Below, one piece after another: positions 1 to 9,408 of a stretch of DNA of 43,290 bases; position 1 is the first letter of the stretch; each line of letters starts with the position of its first letter. Source of the stretch: an uncultured virus (IMG/VR IMGVR_UViG_3300021400_003815) (lineage: Duplodnaviria; Heunggongvirae; Uroviricota; Caudoviricetes); the IMG/VR virus record IMGVR_UViG_3300021400_003815; one strand, written 5' to 3'. The position numbers and the translations under genes were made by a program. The notes under the pieces are model-generated. The model did not search any database, was not told where the DNA came from, and worked only from the letters and a program-made list of their open reading frames with translations.

Positions 1-58
1 GACTATTACACCAATTTAGGTGCTCTTGAAACTCCCTTTGTGCCTTCTCTCTGTCCAT
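1..58 (-). CDS. 5' end of a hypothetical protein running off the window (MDREKAQREFQEHLNWCNS...)
   Basis: ATG at 58 on the minus strand, AAGGAA RBS at 65-70, open to position 1. Confidence 0.55.
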   Translation of the reverse strand, partial: MDREKAQREFQEHLNWCNS

Positions 59-123
59 GACTATTTCCTTATATTAGTTGCTACATTATCTTTTTATATA
101 TAGTTTCATTAAACTCTAATCTA

Positions 124-2130
124 TCAATTCATAGGCTTTATTGTCTTTTCTATATATGCTATCTCTTCATCTGAAAGGTTGTATTTTTTATAAAGCTGTT
201 TATCAATATCTGCTATTGACTGTGACCAATCTATTTCAGTTTGATTTATAATATCTGGTACAAAACAAAATTTGTCACTAGAAATATGAATGCTACTTAA
301 CGCTGAAAATAATAGAAACCTTGTGAATCTTGTCTTTAAATATTTTTCGCATATTAATGCTGGCTCCTCTTTATCCCAGCCACCAATCTGAATATATGCT
401 TGAGTACTAACCTCTCTAGGTTTTTTTACTGTACAAATAGTTAGTACTTTTTGACCATAAGGTTTTTCTAGATTTCCGGATATTGCTGCACCTATCATTG
501 TACAAAATTTATCAATATACTCCCTGCCTTTCTCAATTTGATAATCTGCAATATACCCTATTTTTCCAGATGAATACAGTTTTATATTATGCTTATCATC
601 TGGTAAATCATAATAAAATGTGGTGGTAGGTAAGTTAAATAATGATATTGCATGAACCCATTTCTCCATGGTGCTCTTATCAATATTCTTAATCTTTTCT
701 ATTATTCCAAATGATTGATTATCAGATACAATGATTGGGTATGTACTTAATTGTCTTTTACTAATTGTCTCAGTTCCATCTCTATTACATATGAAATCAA
801 CAATTATATCTGTCTTATTTTTTTCCATAAGATAATACCCCACGCCGCCTGCAATTTTAACTCCATTAAAAATATCTGATGAGTCTATATACTGCTTGTA
901 TATTTTAAGATGCTTACAATTCATCATATATTGTCTAAATTGGTTAAGTCCTATGCCACCACCAAGCCATTTATTAGGAATAATCATTATTGAACACACG
1001 TTAGATATTCTGTCACCCATAATTACAAAGTCATTATATAATGGACGCTGTTGATTTCCATTCCCAGTGGATTCATTATAAGGTGGGTTACCAATTACAA
1101 CGTCTATATTCATTTCTTTTCCAAACTCCTTATTTAATATATTAATAAAATATTCGCGTTTATCAGCCTCACTTATATCACCAATAAACTTAGTCTTTAA
1201 TACCTGAATGTAATTTGGAATAACTCTGATGTTCATACCAAAGCCCATGAGCTTTTTAGTTGTTCTCTCTAGTGATACTTGACTTAATGCTATGCCATAT
1301 AATTGCTCTGAAAGAATATGATTAGACCTTTCGATATCATTTGGATATTTTGACTGCATAACTTCATTTTCCATTAAACGGTCATATATTTCTCTTAAGT
1401 ACTTGCCACCTTTACAAGCAGGGTCCAGGAATTTTGTTTTACTATTCCACACATCAGATGGAAGCATATCTACCATCTGCTTTACTACTTGGTCAGGAGT
1501 TACAATCTCTGGAATACGAGCCATTCCATTCTGTAAATCTTCTACTATACTAAACTCATTAGTCTCTGATATTACTTGTATGTTCTCTGTTTGTACTTTC
1601 TCTGCAAATATACTAAATCCAATAGTTGTAACTAAGGCTTTAATCTGCTCAATTTTATCTATATAACTGTCAAAATCTGCGCCACCAGCATTAGGATTAT
1701 TACCATTTAAGTTTTGCTCTGCTGGTATCTCTGCATAGAAAGTATGCTCTAATGCGTTCAAATCATCTAAAGTCCAAGAACCATTTTTATTAGTGACTAC
1801 AACAGCCCATTTCCATATGTCACGGTATTTTTCAGTTGTTGATTTATCATGCTCTCTAAGTCTTGCTAATACTGACTCACCATCATTCCTTATTTTTGCC
1901 TGCCCTACATAGCACATCTCCATGTTATTTTCATAACCAAAGAGGAAGTATATACAGTTATATCTAAGTTCTTTGTCAGCAAACTTATTCTGTATTTCTC
2001 GTCTATCAATGATGTATGCAATCGTTCCCCAGTCATCATTTTCAAACTTCTGAGAACCTATGTGCATTTGTACTGGATATGAATGAATGTTTATTGTATT
2101 ATCCTTTTGCTTAGATGCTTTACTTGTCAT
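124..2130 (-). CDS. GIY-YIG nuclease fused to an Eco57I-type N6-adenine methyltransferase (single-chain Type IIG-like restriction-modification protein)
   Basis: N-terminal CIYFLFG...CYVGQA...RLREH (GIY-YIG pattern); FLDPACKGGKYL (SAM-binding motif I); VIGNPPY (motif IV); C-terminal IDKQLYKKYNLSDEEIAYIE typical of Eco57I-domain MTases. Confidence 0.8.
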   Translation of the reverse strand: MTSKASKQKDNTINIHSYPVQMHIGSQKFENDDWGTIAYIIDRREIQNKFADKELRYNCIYFLFGYENNMEMCYVGQAKIRNDGESVLARLREHDKSTTEKYRDIWKWAVVVTNKNGSWTLDDLNALEHTFYAEIPAEQNLNGNNPNAGGADFDSYIDKIEQIKALVTTIGFSIFAEKVQTENIQVISETNEFSIVEDLQNGMARIPEIVTPDQVVKQMVDMLPSDVWNSKTKFLDPACKGGKYLREIYDRLMENEVMQSKYPNDIERSNHILSEQLYGIALSQVSLERTTKKLMGFGMNIRVIPNYIQVLKTKFIGDISEADKREYFINILNKEFGKEMNIDVVIGNPPYNESTGNGNQQRPLYNDFVIMGDRISNVCSIMIIPNKWLGGGIGLNQFRQYMMNCKHLKIYKQYIDSSDIFNGVKIAGGVGYYLMEKNKTDIIVDFICNRDGTETISKRQLSTYPIIVSDNQSFGIIEKIKNIDKSTMEKWVHAISLFNLPTTTFYYDLPDDKHNIKLYSSGKIGYIADYQIEKGREYIDKFCTMIGAAISGNLEKPYGQKVLTICTVKKPREVSTQAYIQIGGWDKEEPALICEKYLKTRFTRFLLFSALSSIHISSDKFCFVPDIINQTEIDWSQSIADIDKQLYKKYNLSDEEIAYIEKTIKPMN

Positions 2131-2272
2131 AATGCAAACTCTCCTGAATATAAATTATTTTATATTCTTTTAACAAAGCTAAGCTCTTATTATGTAAGCA
2201 AACTTTAAATTTCATACTACATATTATTTAGCTGTCAAAATTAATCATATATGATACATAAAAATTTATAAT

Positions 2273-2300
2273 AAAAAAGCCAGACTCTTATTAGTCTGGC
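2273..2300 (-). terminator. Rho-independent terminator after the DUF285 array
   Basis: GCCAGACT-N6-AGTCTGGC stem followed by a U6 tract on the minus strand. Confidence 0.8.
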
Positions 2301-2316
2301 CTTTAATTTCTGAATC

Positions 2317-2955
2317 TTATTTAAGTCTATTATTGTATTCTTCTAAAATTCTACTGTCTGTTGCTTTTATAGTTGAGTTACAGTACTTAAACATGCTATG
2401 TATGTTTGTTGCACTTGATATTTTAAAAGAAGTTAAATCTATGTTTGTTTTAATAAATTCTAAAGAATCTAAATCTAATAATCTTGCACCACAACTATTA
2501 AACATATATCCCATATTATTCACATTTGATGTATCAAAATAGTGCAAATCTAGTGACTTTGCTACACAATAGCTAAACATGTACCTCATATCTGTTACTT
2601 TTGATGTATCAAAATGACTTAGGTCTATTGATTTTGCTTCACAAGCAGAGAACATAGCTTTCATGCTCTTTATATTTGATGTGTTAAAAGAACTTAAGTC
2701 TAACGACTTTGCCTTACAGTATTCGAACATTCTGCTAGCTTCAATTAAGTTCTTCCCACCAATTACTTTAAGATTAGTTCCTTCATATTCAGGTCCTTTA
2801 AATACAAATGAAGGTGCTTTCGTCATTGAATCAGGAATCACTAATATATAATTGTTATCTGGTCTTTTTATTAAAGGACACCCTTTGTAGTTTTCATAAT
2901 CCCCAAATGCTATAGCTGTCTCTATGAAATATGAATCTATTGATTCTTTATCCAT
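2317..2955 (-). CDS. DUF285/BspA-type leucine-rich repeat protein (paralogue 3)
   Basis: 25-aa repeats MFxxCxAKSLDLSxFDTSxVxxM; N- and C-terminal caps shared with neighbours. Confidence 0.85.
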   Translation of the reverse strand: MDKESIDSYFIETAIAFGDYENYKGCPLIKRPDNNYILVIPDSMTKAPSFVFKGPEYEGTNLKVIGGKNLIEASRMFEYCKAKSLDLSSFNTSNIKSMKAMFSACEAKSIDLSHFDTSKVTDMRYMFSYCVAKSLDLHYFDTSNVNNMGYMFNSCGARLLDLDSLEFIKTNIDLTSFKISSATNIHSMFKYCNSTIKATDSRILEEYNNRLK

Positions 2956-4690
2956 TGTATTTACCTTACTCTTATTTTATATTCTTCTAAAATTCCACTG
3001 TCTGTTGCTTTTATAGCTGAGTTACAACATTCAAATGTATTACCAATATACTGTACATTTGATGTATCAAATGTACTTAGGTCTATTGATTTTGCTTCAC
3101 AAAATGCAAATATATTTCTCATATCCTGTACTTTTGATGTATCAAAAGAAGTTAAATCCAGATATTCTGCCCTACTAAAGGCAAACATGTGACTCATTCT
3201 TTTTACATTCGATGTATCGAATGTACTTACGTCTATTGATTCTGCTTTACATTTGCTAAACATACTAGCCATGTTTATTACTTTTGATGTGTTAAATGAC
3301 CTTAGGTCTAATTCTTTTACCCCACATGCCTTAAACATACCTCCCATGTCATCTACATTTGAAGTATTAAAGGAACTCAGGTCTAATGATTTTGTCTGGC
3401 ATCCATTAAACATATTAGACATATTTTCCACTTTAGATGTATCAAAAGTACTTAAGTCTATTGATTCTGCATAGCAATCAAAGAACATACAATCCATATA
3501 CTCAACCTTTGATGTATCAAATGATCTTAAGTCCAAATATCTTGCCTTACAACTCTCAAACATACAATCCATAGTTGTTACCATAGATGTGTTAAAAGAA
3601 CTTAAGTCCAGCAACTCTACCTCGCAGCCCATGAACATACTTTGAGTTGTATATAAATTTTTACCACCTATTACTTTAAGATTAGCTCCACTGTACACAG
3701 TCTCTGAAAGTACCTTAGAAGGTGCTTTCTCTCTTGAGTCAGGAATAACTAGAATATAGTTTTTGTCTTGCCTTTTTATTAAAGGACAACCTTTATAATT
3801 AATATAGTCACCAAAGGCTAGTGCTGTCTCTATAAAGTACATATCTATTGGTTCTTTATGTTTACCCATTGTATTACCTTAATCTTATTTTATATTGGTG
3901 TATAATCTTACTGTCTGTTCCTGTTATATTCGAGTCACAATTATCAAACATACCTGTCATATTATTTACTTTTGAAGTATCAAAAGAGCTTAAGTCTATA
4001 TATTTTGCTTTACAATGTGTAAACATGTACTTCATATCAGTTACATTATATGTATTGAAATATCTTAAGTCTAGATATTTTGCTCTACAGTATCCAAACA
4101 TATATCTCATATCAGTTACATTTGATGTATTAAATGAACTTAAATATAAATATTCATCAGACATAATACCTGTATTCTTTACATTAGATGTGTCTAAAGA
4201 ACTTAAGTCTTTTGACCTTTTCCTAAATTCTTTAGCCAATATTTTTACTTTTATTGGGTCTGATGTATCAAAAGATCTCAAATCTAGTGACTTTGCATCA
4301 CAGCCTGCAAATATATTTTCTATACTCTTTGCATTGGATGTATCAAAAGAGCTTATGTCTATTGATGATACATCACAATCACTAAACATATCTTTCATAT
4401 TAGGCATCTTTGACCTATAAAAAGAACTTGAGTCTATATGCTGTGCTTCACAATCATCAAACATGTTCTCTATACTCTTTGTATTGGATGTATCAAAATT
4501 ACTTATGTCTAGTGATTTTTCCTTACAACCTGCAAACATGTTTCTCATGTCCTCTGATTTTTCTTTGAAAGAACCTAAGTCTATTGATTCTGCCTCGCAT
4601 TCATAAAACATACTTTTCATATTTTTCACATTAGATGTATCAAAAGAACTTAAGTCTAATGATTTTGCTCTACAGCCCTGAAACATTGAA
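2380..4690. repeat. Degenerate 75-bp coding tandem repeats within the three DUF285 genes
   Basis: Recurring GATGTATCAAAAGAACTTAAGTCTA-like units at ~75-bp spacing inside each gene. Confidence 0.8.
2961..3869 (-). CDS. DUF285/BspA-type leucine-rich repeat protein (paralogue 2)
   Basis: About 8 regular 25-aa repeats (LDLSSFNTSxVxxMxxMF). Confidence 0.88.
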   Translation of the reverse strand: MGKHKEPIDMYFIETALAFGDYINYKGCPLIKRQDKNYILVIPDSREKAPSKVLSETVYSGANLKVIGGKNLYTTQSMFMGCEVELLDLSSFNTSMVTTMDCMFESCKARYLDLRSFDTSKVEYMDCMFFDCYAESIDLSTFDTSKVENMSNMFNGCQTKSLDLSSFNTSNVDDMGGMFKACGVKELDLRSFNTSKVINMASMFSKCKAESIDVSTFDTSNVKRMSHMFAFSRAEYLDLTSFDTSKVQDMRNIFAFCEAKSIDLSTFDTSNVQYIGNTFECCNSAIKATDSGILEEYKIRVR

Positions 4691-4908
4691 ATAGCTGTAT
4701 TTAAACTTCTTCCCCCAATTACCTTGAGATTAGTTCCTTTGTATTCAGGTTCTGAAAATACATTATGCAGTCTTTCTGCTCTTAAATTAGGAATATATAA
4801 AACATAGTCGTTGTCTTTCCTTTTAATCAAAAAGCATCCCTGATATTTTTCATAATCTCCAAATGCTAATGCTGTCTCTATGAAATATGAATCTACTTGC
4901 CTATTCAT
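3874..4908 (-). CDS. DUF285/BspA-type leucine-rich repeat protein (paralogue 1)
   Basis: About 10 repeats, some degenerate; AGGGGG RBS at 4914-4919. Confidence 0.85.
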   Translation of the reverse strand: MNRQVDSYFIETALAFGDYEKYQGCFLIKRKDNDYVLYIPNLRAERLHNVFSEPEYKGTNLKVIGGRSLNTAISMFQGCRAKSLDLSSFDTSNVKNMKSMFYECEAESIDLGSFKEKSEDMRNMFAGCKEKSLDISNFDTSNTKSIENMFDDCEAQHIDSSSFYRSKMPNMKDMFSDCDVSSIDISSFDTSNAKSIENIFAGCDAKSLDLRSFDTSDPIKVKILAKEFRKRSKDLSSLDTSNVKNTGIMSDEYLYLSSFNTSNVTDMRYMFGYCRAKYLDLRYFNTYNVTDMKYMFTHCKAKYIDLSSFDTSKVNNMTGMFDNCDSNITGTDSKIIHQYKIRLR

Positions 4909-4919
4909 TATTACCCCCT

Positions 4920-4950
4920 AAAAAAGGTCAGACTATAATGTCTGACCTTT
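4920..4950 (-). terminator. Rho-independent terminator-like hairpin abutting the RBS of the first DUF285 gene
   Basis: AAGGTCAGAC-N6-GTCTGACCTT stem with a U-tract at 4920-4925 on the minus strand. Confidence 0.75.
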
Positions 4951-4979
4951 AAAAACCTTAAATTTCTTTTTCTTATATC

Positions 4980-6032
4980 TTACTTATTATTTCCACCTAC
5001 ATACTTAATTCCGTAAGCATATCTCATTCTATCTGCTACATTTGCATTTTTCCTAAGATCTGGTTCCATAGGTATATAACCATCCCAGTCTAATCTTAAC
5101 CAGTCTGCATCATCACAACGAAATCCTTCTTCTGCAGGAACAGTATCACCTTTTCTACCCTCCTGATAGTCTACTACATCTCTATCATAGTCAATACTTA
5201 TTACTTCACTGCCGTGATAATTTACTCCTCCTACATCAGCATTAATTGAACGAGGATAGTCTATATCATAATATGATATATTTTCTGCATCAGCATGCTT
5301 TCTATAATACAACCAGCGTGTTTCCTTATGATCTACAGGCACCGTTGCTGCCTCATCATTGTAATAAAATAGCATTTTTCTTGACTCTCTACTATACAGT
5401 CTTGTTGTTAACTTCGTAGGATTTGATATGTCTACACCTGCTGCTGCAAGCTGCTGTAAACATTCATCTGTTAATTCTGAGTCCCTGCCAAAGAACAATC
5501 TACCTGTTGTCTGAATCGTTACTCCATTATAAACCTCTCCCTTTTCCATTAGATGCCCATAATTATTATTCCAGTCAGGACAGAACATTACATTCTTTCC
5601 ATGTAATGTTCCTATACCTGATATTCTGCCACAATCCATTCCACAGAAGTATACATAATCACCACCTGCTCTAAGGTCTCCATCTCTTACAAATGCATTG
5701 GTAGCATATCTCATATAATAGTCATTTCCAATATACTTGATTAGATTTGTCTGGTCTTTAGCTCCATTTAAGTCAACAACTTTGGCTTTCATTTTTCCGC
5801 CCTCATTAACCCAGACCTCAGGTCTATTTTCATTCTCAGTAACTACAATGGAGTTTGGATCTTCCTGCTCCAAACTTACATCAACATAGTAGTAATCAGC
5901 CGCCAACGACACAGCCGTATCATTTGTTAGCTCTATTCCATAAGCCATCATTAACATTACTAATGTTATTCCTGCAATCTTTATTGTCTTTTTTACTGTT
6001 TTCTTAATTGAATTTAAAAATTTTATTGGCAT
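4980..6032 (-). CDS. Secreted/surface hypothetical protein, possibly with a degenerate cell-wall-binding repeat
   Basis: Basic N-terminus plus hydrophobic stretch IAGITLVMLMMAYGI; YVYFC...LHGKNVMFCPDWNNNYGHL resembles clostridial cell-wall-binding repeats. Confidence 0.5.
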   Translation of the reverse strand: MPIKFLNSIKKTVKKTIKIAGITLVMLMMAYGIELTNDTAVSLAADYYYVDVSLEQEDPNSIVVTENENRPEVWVNEGGKMKAKVVDLNGAKDQTNLIKYIGNDYYMRYATNAFVRDGDLRAGGDYVYFCGMDCGRISGIGTLHGKNVMFCPDWNNNYGHLMEKGEVYNGVTIQTTGRLFFGRDSELTDECLQQLAAAGVDISNPTKLTTRLYSRESRKMLFYYNDEAATVPVDHKETRWLYYRKHADAENISYYDIDYPRSINADVGGVNYHGSEVISIDYDRDVVDYQEGRKGDTVPAEEGFRCDDADWLRLDWDGYIPMEPDLRKNANVADRMRYAYGIKYVGGNNK

Positions 6033-6125
6033 AATATTTCTCCTTAGTAAATTTAAACTTTCATATAAATTTTACTCTATACTGTATATTAATTTTTTCA
6101 TTTTATACCTAAAATGTATGTGAAT

Positions 6126-6153
6126 AAAAAGACCAATACTGATGTATTGGTCT
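6126..6153 (-). terminator. Rho-independent terminator after the polymerase gene
   Basis: AGACCAATAC-N4-GTATTGGTCT with a U-tract. Confidence 0.8.
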
Positions 6154-6168
6154 CATAAATACTAATGA

Positions 6169-7395
6169 TTATTCATCTAAATCATCATCTTCTTCTACAG
6201 AATCACTACTTACTACTGATACTTCAATATTAAATGGCTCCCAATCATCTACCTGATGTTCTGCTAAATCTCTAACAAGATTTATTGCACTCTCTGTTCC
6301 GTTTTTCTCAATATAGTTCTTACTTACTTCAAATATAAGCTCATCATGTCTTGAATAGTATATAGAAATATCATCTAAAATATTTCTAGCTTCTCTTTCT
6401 TCTTCTATATGCTCAACAAGTAAACTTAAAATATCTGAACCTGTTCCCTGTATTGGAAAATCCATTAACTGTCTCTGTAATGCACTTGAAAATCTAGCAT
6501 CTGGATGTAACTCAGTACCAAAGTATGTGTATGTTTTTCTTACCTTACCATTAGCAAGCTTATAACTCTCACTCTTGAACTTCTTTAAACCTTCAATGCT
6601 ATTGAAATATTTATAGATAGCTTCTCCATCTATATTCTTGCATATTCTCTTTAAACCAAACTTAGAAGCTCCATATGTTAGTGCGTTCCATGCTGTCTTA
6701 CATTCTTTTCTCTGAAGCTCATTAGGCTCTGAGCCAAAGACCTTTACATAAATAGCATTATATAATCCATTTGGATTGCTCTTAATAACCTCTTTAAGTT
6801 CATCTATACCTTTCCAATTAATAAGAATCCAAGGCTCCTGATTCTTTATATCAGCACTAATGAGTACTCCACCATCTTCCATTGGTCTTACAACATCCCA
6901 TAAGATACTCTTAGGTATATTCATAAGAGCAGGATTTGTATAATTGATTCTATTTGTATTTCCAAGTGATACTGTAGGTCTAATTATACCAAACTTATCA
7001 CTTGCCTTGAGCAATGACTCTATAGCTTCAAGCTTCTTCTTAGTTTTTCTGTATGTAAGAAGATTAATAGCAAATTCATTTCCCATATGAGCAAGTTCAA
7101 CCATAAACTCTTTCTTACTAGAAATATTTCCAGAATCATCACTACATACTGCAAGTTCATCTTCACTTAGATACTGTCCTAACCAATCCTTTACCTGAGC
7201 AGAACTATTAGGATTAGAAATCCCATATCTGCTATTCATATCCTCTATCTGCTCATTTACATCAGCGCTTAGCTGTTTTCTAAGCTCAAAAATCTTGTTT
7301 CCAAGCCTAATTCCTCTCTTATTAGCAGCCTCATTTATAATATAATGTAAGTATTCTGCATTAGGTGTATCAGTATCACTATTAATCTTAAACAT
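6169..7395 (-). CDS. polA: Minimal family-A DNA polymerase (polymerase domain only)
   Basis: TNRINYTNPALMNIPK, motif A ISADIKNQE, motif B RKECKTAWNALTYG, FPIQGTGSD, motif C RHDELIFE; 408 aa, no exonuclease domains visible. Confidence 0.88.
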   Translation of the reverse strand: MFKINSDTDTPNAEYLHYIINEAANKRGIRLGNKIFELRKQLSADVNEQIEDMNSRYGISNPNSSAQVKDWLGQYLSEDELAVCSDDSGNISSKKEFMVELAHMGNEFAINLLTYRKTKKKLEAIESLLKASDKFGIIRPTVSLGNTNRINYTNPALMNIPKSILWDVVRPMEDGGVLISADIKNQEPWILINWKGIDELKEVIKSNPNGLYNAIYVKVFGSEPNELQRKECKTAWNALTYGASKFGLKRICKNIDGEAIYKYFNSIEGLKKFKSESYKLANGKVRKTYTYFGTELHPDARFSSALQRQLMDFPIQGTGSDILSLLVEHIEEEREARNILDDISIYYSRHDELIFEVSKNYIEKNGTESAINLVRDLAEHQVDDWEPFNIEVSVVSSDSVEEDDDLDE

Positions 7396-7410
7396 ATTTT
7401 CTCCTTATAT

Positions 7411-8145
7411 CTAGTATTTAATATTATTAAAGTTACCTAGCATTGCAACTAAGTCATTTGTTTCAGATATCTGCTCCTTAGTTATATTCAGACCAGAATA
7501 TAATTCCTTTACTGTGGTTATATACTTTTTGTTATCAAGAACAAACTTAATAATAACAGAATTAGAATATAAGTCAGCTTTTATACTTTCAATCTTTCTA
7601 ACTAATCCCCTAAACTTAATGCAATCACCAGGATGTATATCACCATAAATAGTATGTATACTACCATTTATTAGCTGTTCTTTATCCAAAAATAATATGT
7701 TAAGTTCTGTTACTATGTCCATAAGTAAACCAAAATAGTTATAAAAGCAACCATTTAGCTTATTCATTACCTCTTGAACACCAAAGTTATTCTCTTTAGT
7801 ACAATTATCTAACTCAACTGAATTAAATAATATTACTCTATTTGCTCTTACAGTTACAAAGTCACTCTTAAAATCATACACTGCCCCCAGCTCACTCATT
7901 AAAGAGTACATCCAACATATAAATATAACAGATATTCTTTTACAAACTTCATACTCAGTCAAATTTGTACTATTACTTACCTCTACTATACAGCCCTTAA
8001 TTATCTCAATAGTATCATCCAAATGTCTACTTTTTCCATAATTATAGACTGTACCATTAACCATAATGTTTCTTATACATCTATTATCTTTAATCTCAAT
8101 GTACTCGTCCTTGTATACTGTTACATACTCATTCAATATGCTCAC
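7411..8145 (-). CDS. Hypothetical protein
   Basis: 244-aa ORF with a GGGGTG RBS, 15 bp upstream of the polymerase gene; no recognisable motif. Confidence 0.7.
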   Translation of the reverse strand: MSILNEYVTVYKDEYIEIKDNRCIRNIMVNGTVYNYGKSRHLDDTIEIIKGCIVEVSNSTNLTEYEVCKRISVIFICWMYSLMSELGAVYDFKSDFVTVRANRVILFNSVELDNCTKENNFGVQEVMNKLNGCFYNYFGLLMDIVTELNILFLDKEQLINGSIHTIYGDIHPGDCIKFRGLVRKIESIKADLYSNSVIIKFVLDNKKYITTVKELYSGLNITKEQISETNDLVAMLGNFNNIKY

Positions 8146-8235
8146 CCCTTATGTTGTCAGTTATTTATATTTTATGTCATGCATATTCTTCATTTTATAG
8201 TCTGCCCTATCTGCTCTACCCTATTTCTTTCTGCT

Positions 8236-9078
8236 CTATTTAGTACCCTTTATCTCGTTTATGAACTCAGTGTATTTATCTTTCACATCATGTTCATCAG
8301 GAACATCACTAGCTTCCTTTATCTCACTACCTGTAGCTATCTCACTTTCAGATGCTACACTCACTTCATGGTCATGCTCAGGGTCAATTTCCACTCTTTC
8401 TGTATCCTCATTCCTAATTATGGTTACATCATCACCCTCAGTCTCACCATTAGCATAATAAACCTTTATTATCTTATAATCCGACAGTATATCTCCAGTA
8501 TTATATGTACTCTTATCATATACAATGTCAAATCCGCTAATCATTTTAGATTCATAGTTACTAATCTCTGAGTTTGCATCAAACTTAATCCCACCAAAAC
8601 CATAATACTCTACCACTTTATCATCTACAAGATTAGATGTTTTTTCTACTGACTCATATCCAAATGATGATGTACTTCTTACCTTTATTATGTCTGTACA
8701 AAAGTCTACATTTGTAGCTTTCAAACTGACCTTATTTATTACCTGCTCTTTAGGGTCTAGTGTTAGCTTAAATTTATTATTACTGTCACTTACTGTAAAA
8801 TTAAGTCTATCATAATAAATACTATTCTTATCTAATGACTCAAAATCAGACCCATATGCTTCTTCTATAACTTCATCAATACCCTCTATATTAGTAAAGT
8901 ACTTGTAATCATCAGAACCCATATAAATATACTTGTTATTCAATTCATTTATAATGCTATCTCTTGAACTTGATTGTCTACTATTAACTCCTGCAAGTAC
9001 TAATGTAACAATAATAGCAATAATAGTAAAAGTAGCTAGTCCATATATCTTAAAATCTGTCTTATTAATCTTTTTCAT
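8236..9078 (-). CDS. Membrane-anchored hypothetical protein with acidic tail
   Basis: N-terminal TM helix GLATFTIIAIIVTLVLAGV; probable start MKKINK at 9078 behind GGGGA (ORF track starts at 9099). Confidence 0.7.
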   Translation of the reverse strand: MKKINKTDFKIYGLATFTIIAIIVTLVLAGVNSRQSSSRDSIINELNNKYIYMGSDDYKYFTNIEGIDEVIEEAYGSDFESLDKNSIYYDRLNFTVSDSNNKFKLTLDPKEQVINKVSLKATNVDFCTDIIKVRSTSSFGYESVEKTSNLVDDKVVEYYGFGGIKFDANSEISNYESKMISGFDIVYDKSTYNTGDILSDYKIIKVYYANGETEGDDVTIIRNEDTERVEIDPEHDHEVSVASESEIATGSEIKEASDVPDEHDVKDKYTEFINEIKGTK

Positions 9079-9167
9079 TAGCATCCCCAAAATCCCCAAA
9101 ATCCAAAAATTTAATTTTTTAATTTAATATATAATATTTTACAGCTAGCTACTATATACTACTGACT

Positions 9168-9315
9168 TATTGCACATGTATCATTTATATTTCACTTATA
9201 CACACTCTCTCTTATCTTATACACACTCTATTATAACTTATCCACATTTCCACATAACTTATCCACTTATCAACATTTCCACATTAGTTGTACACATTTC
9301 CACACTCTATCCACA
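9168..9315 (+). promoter_or_regulatory. Cluster of co-oriented DnaA boxes
   Basis: Perfect TTWTNCACA at 9196, 9217 and 9238; one-mismatch boxes at 9168, 9246, 9259, 9267, 9275, 9288, 9296 and 9307. Confidence 0.8.
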
Positions 9316-9408
9316 CTCTATCTCACACCTATCAAACCTAAACTTTCCCAACCTAAAATTCAAAACCTTTATTTTTGGCAAATAATTTTTAAATTTTGGA
9401 AATCAGCC

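Noticed and set aside
2317..4908. Diversity-generating retroelement acting on the repeat genes
   Set aside because: No reverse transcriptase in the window and no template/variable pair differing only at adenines was seen
9170..9385. 71-aa His/Thr/Tyr-rich plus-strand ORF
   Set aside because: Translation artefact of the DnaA-box repeats
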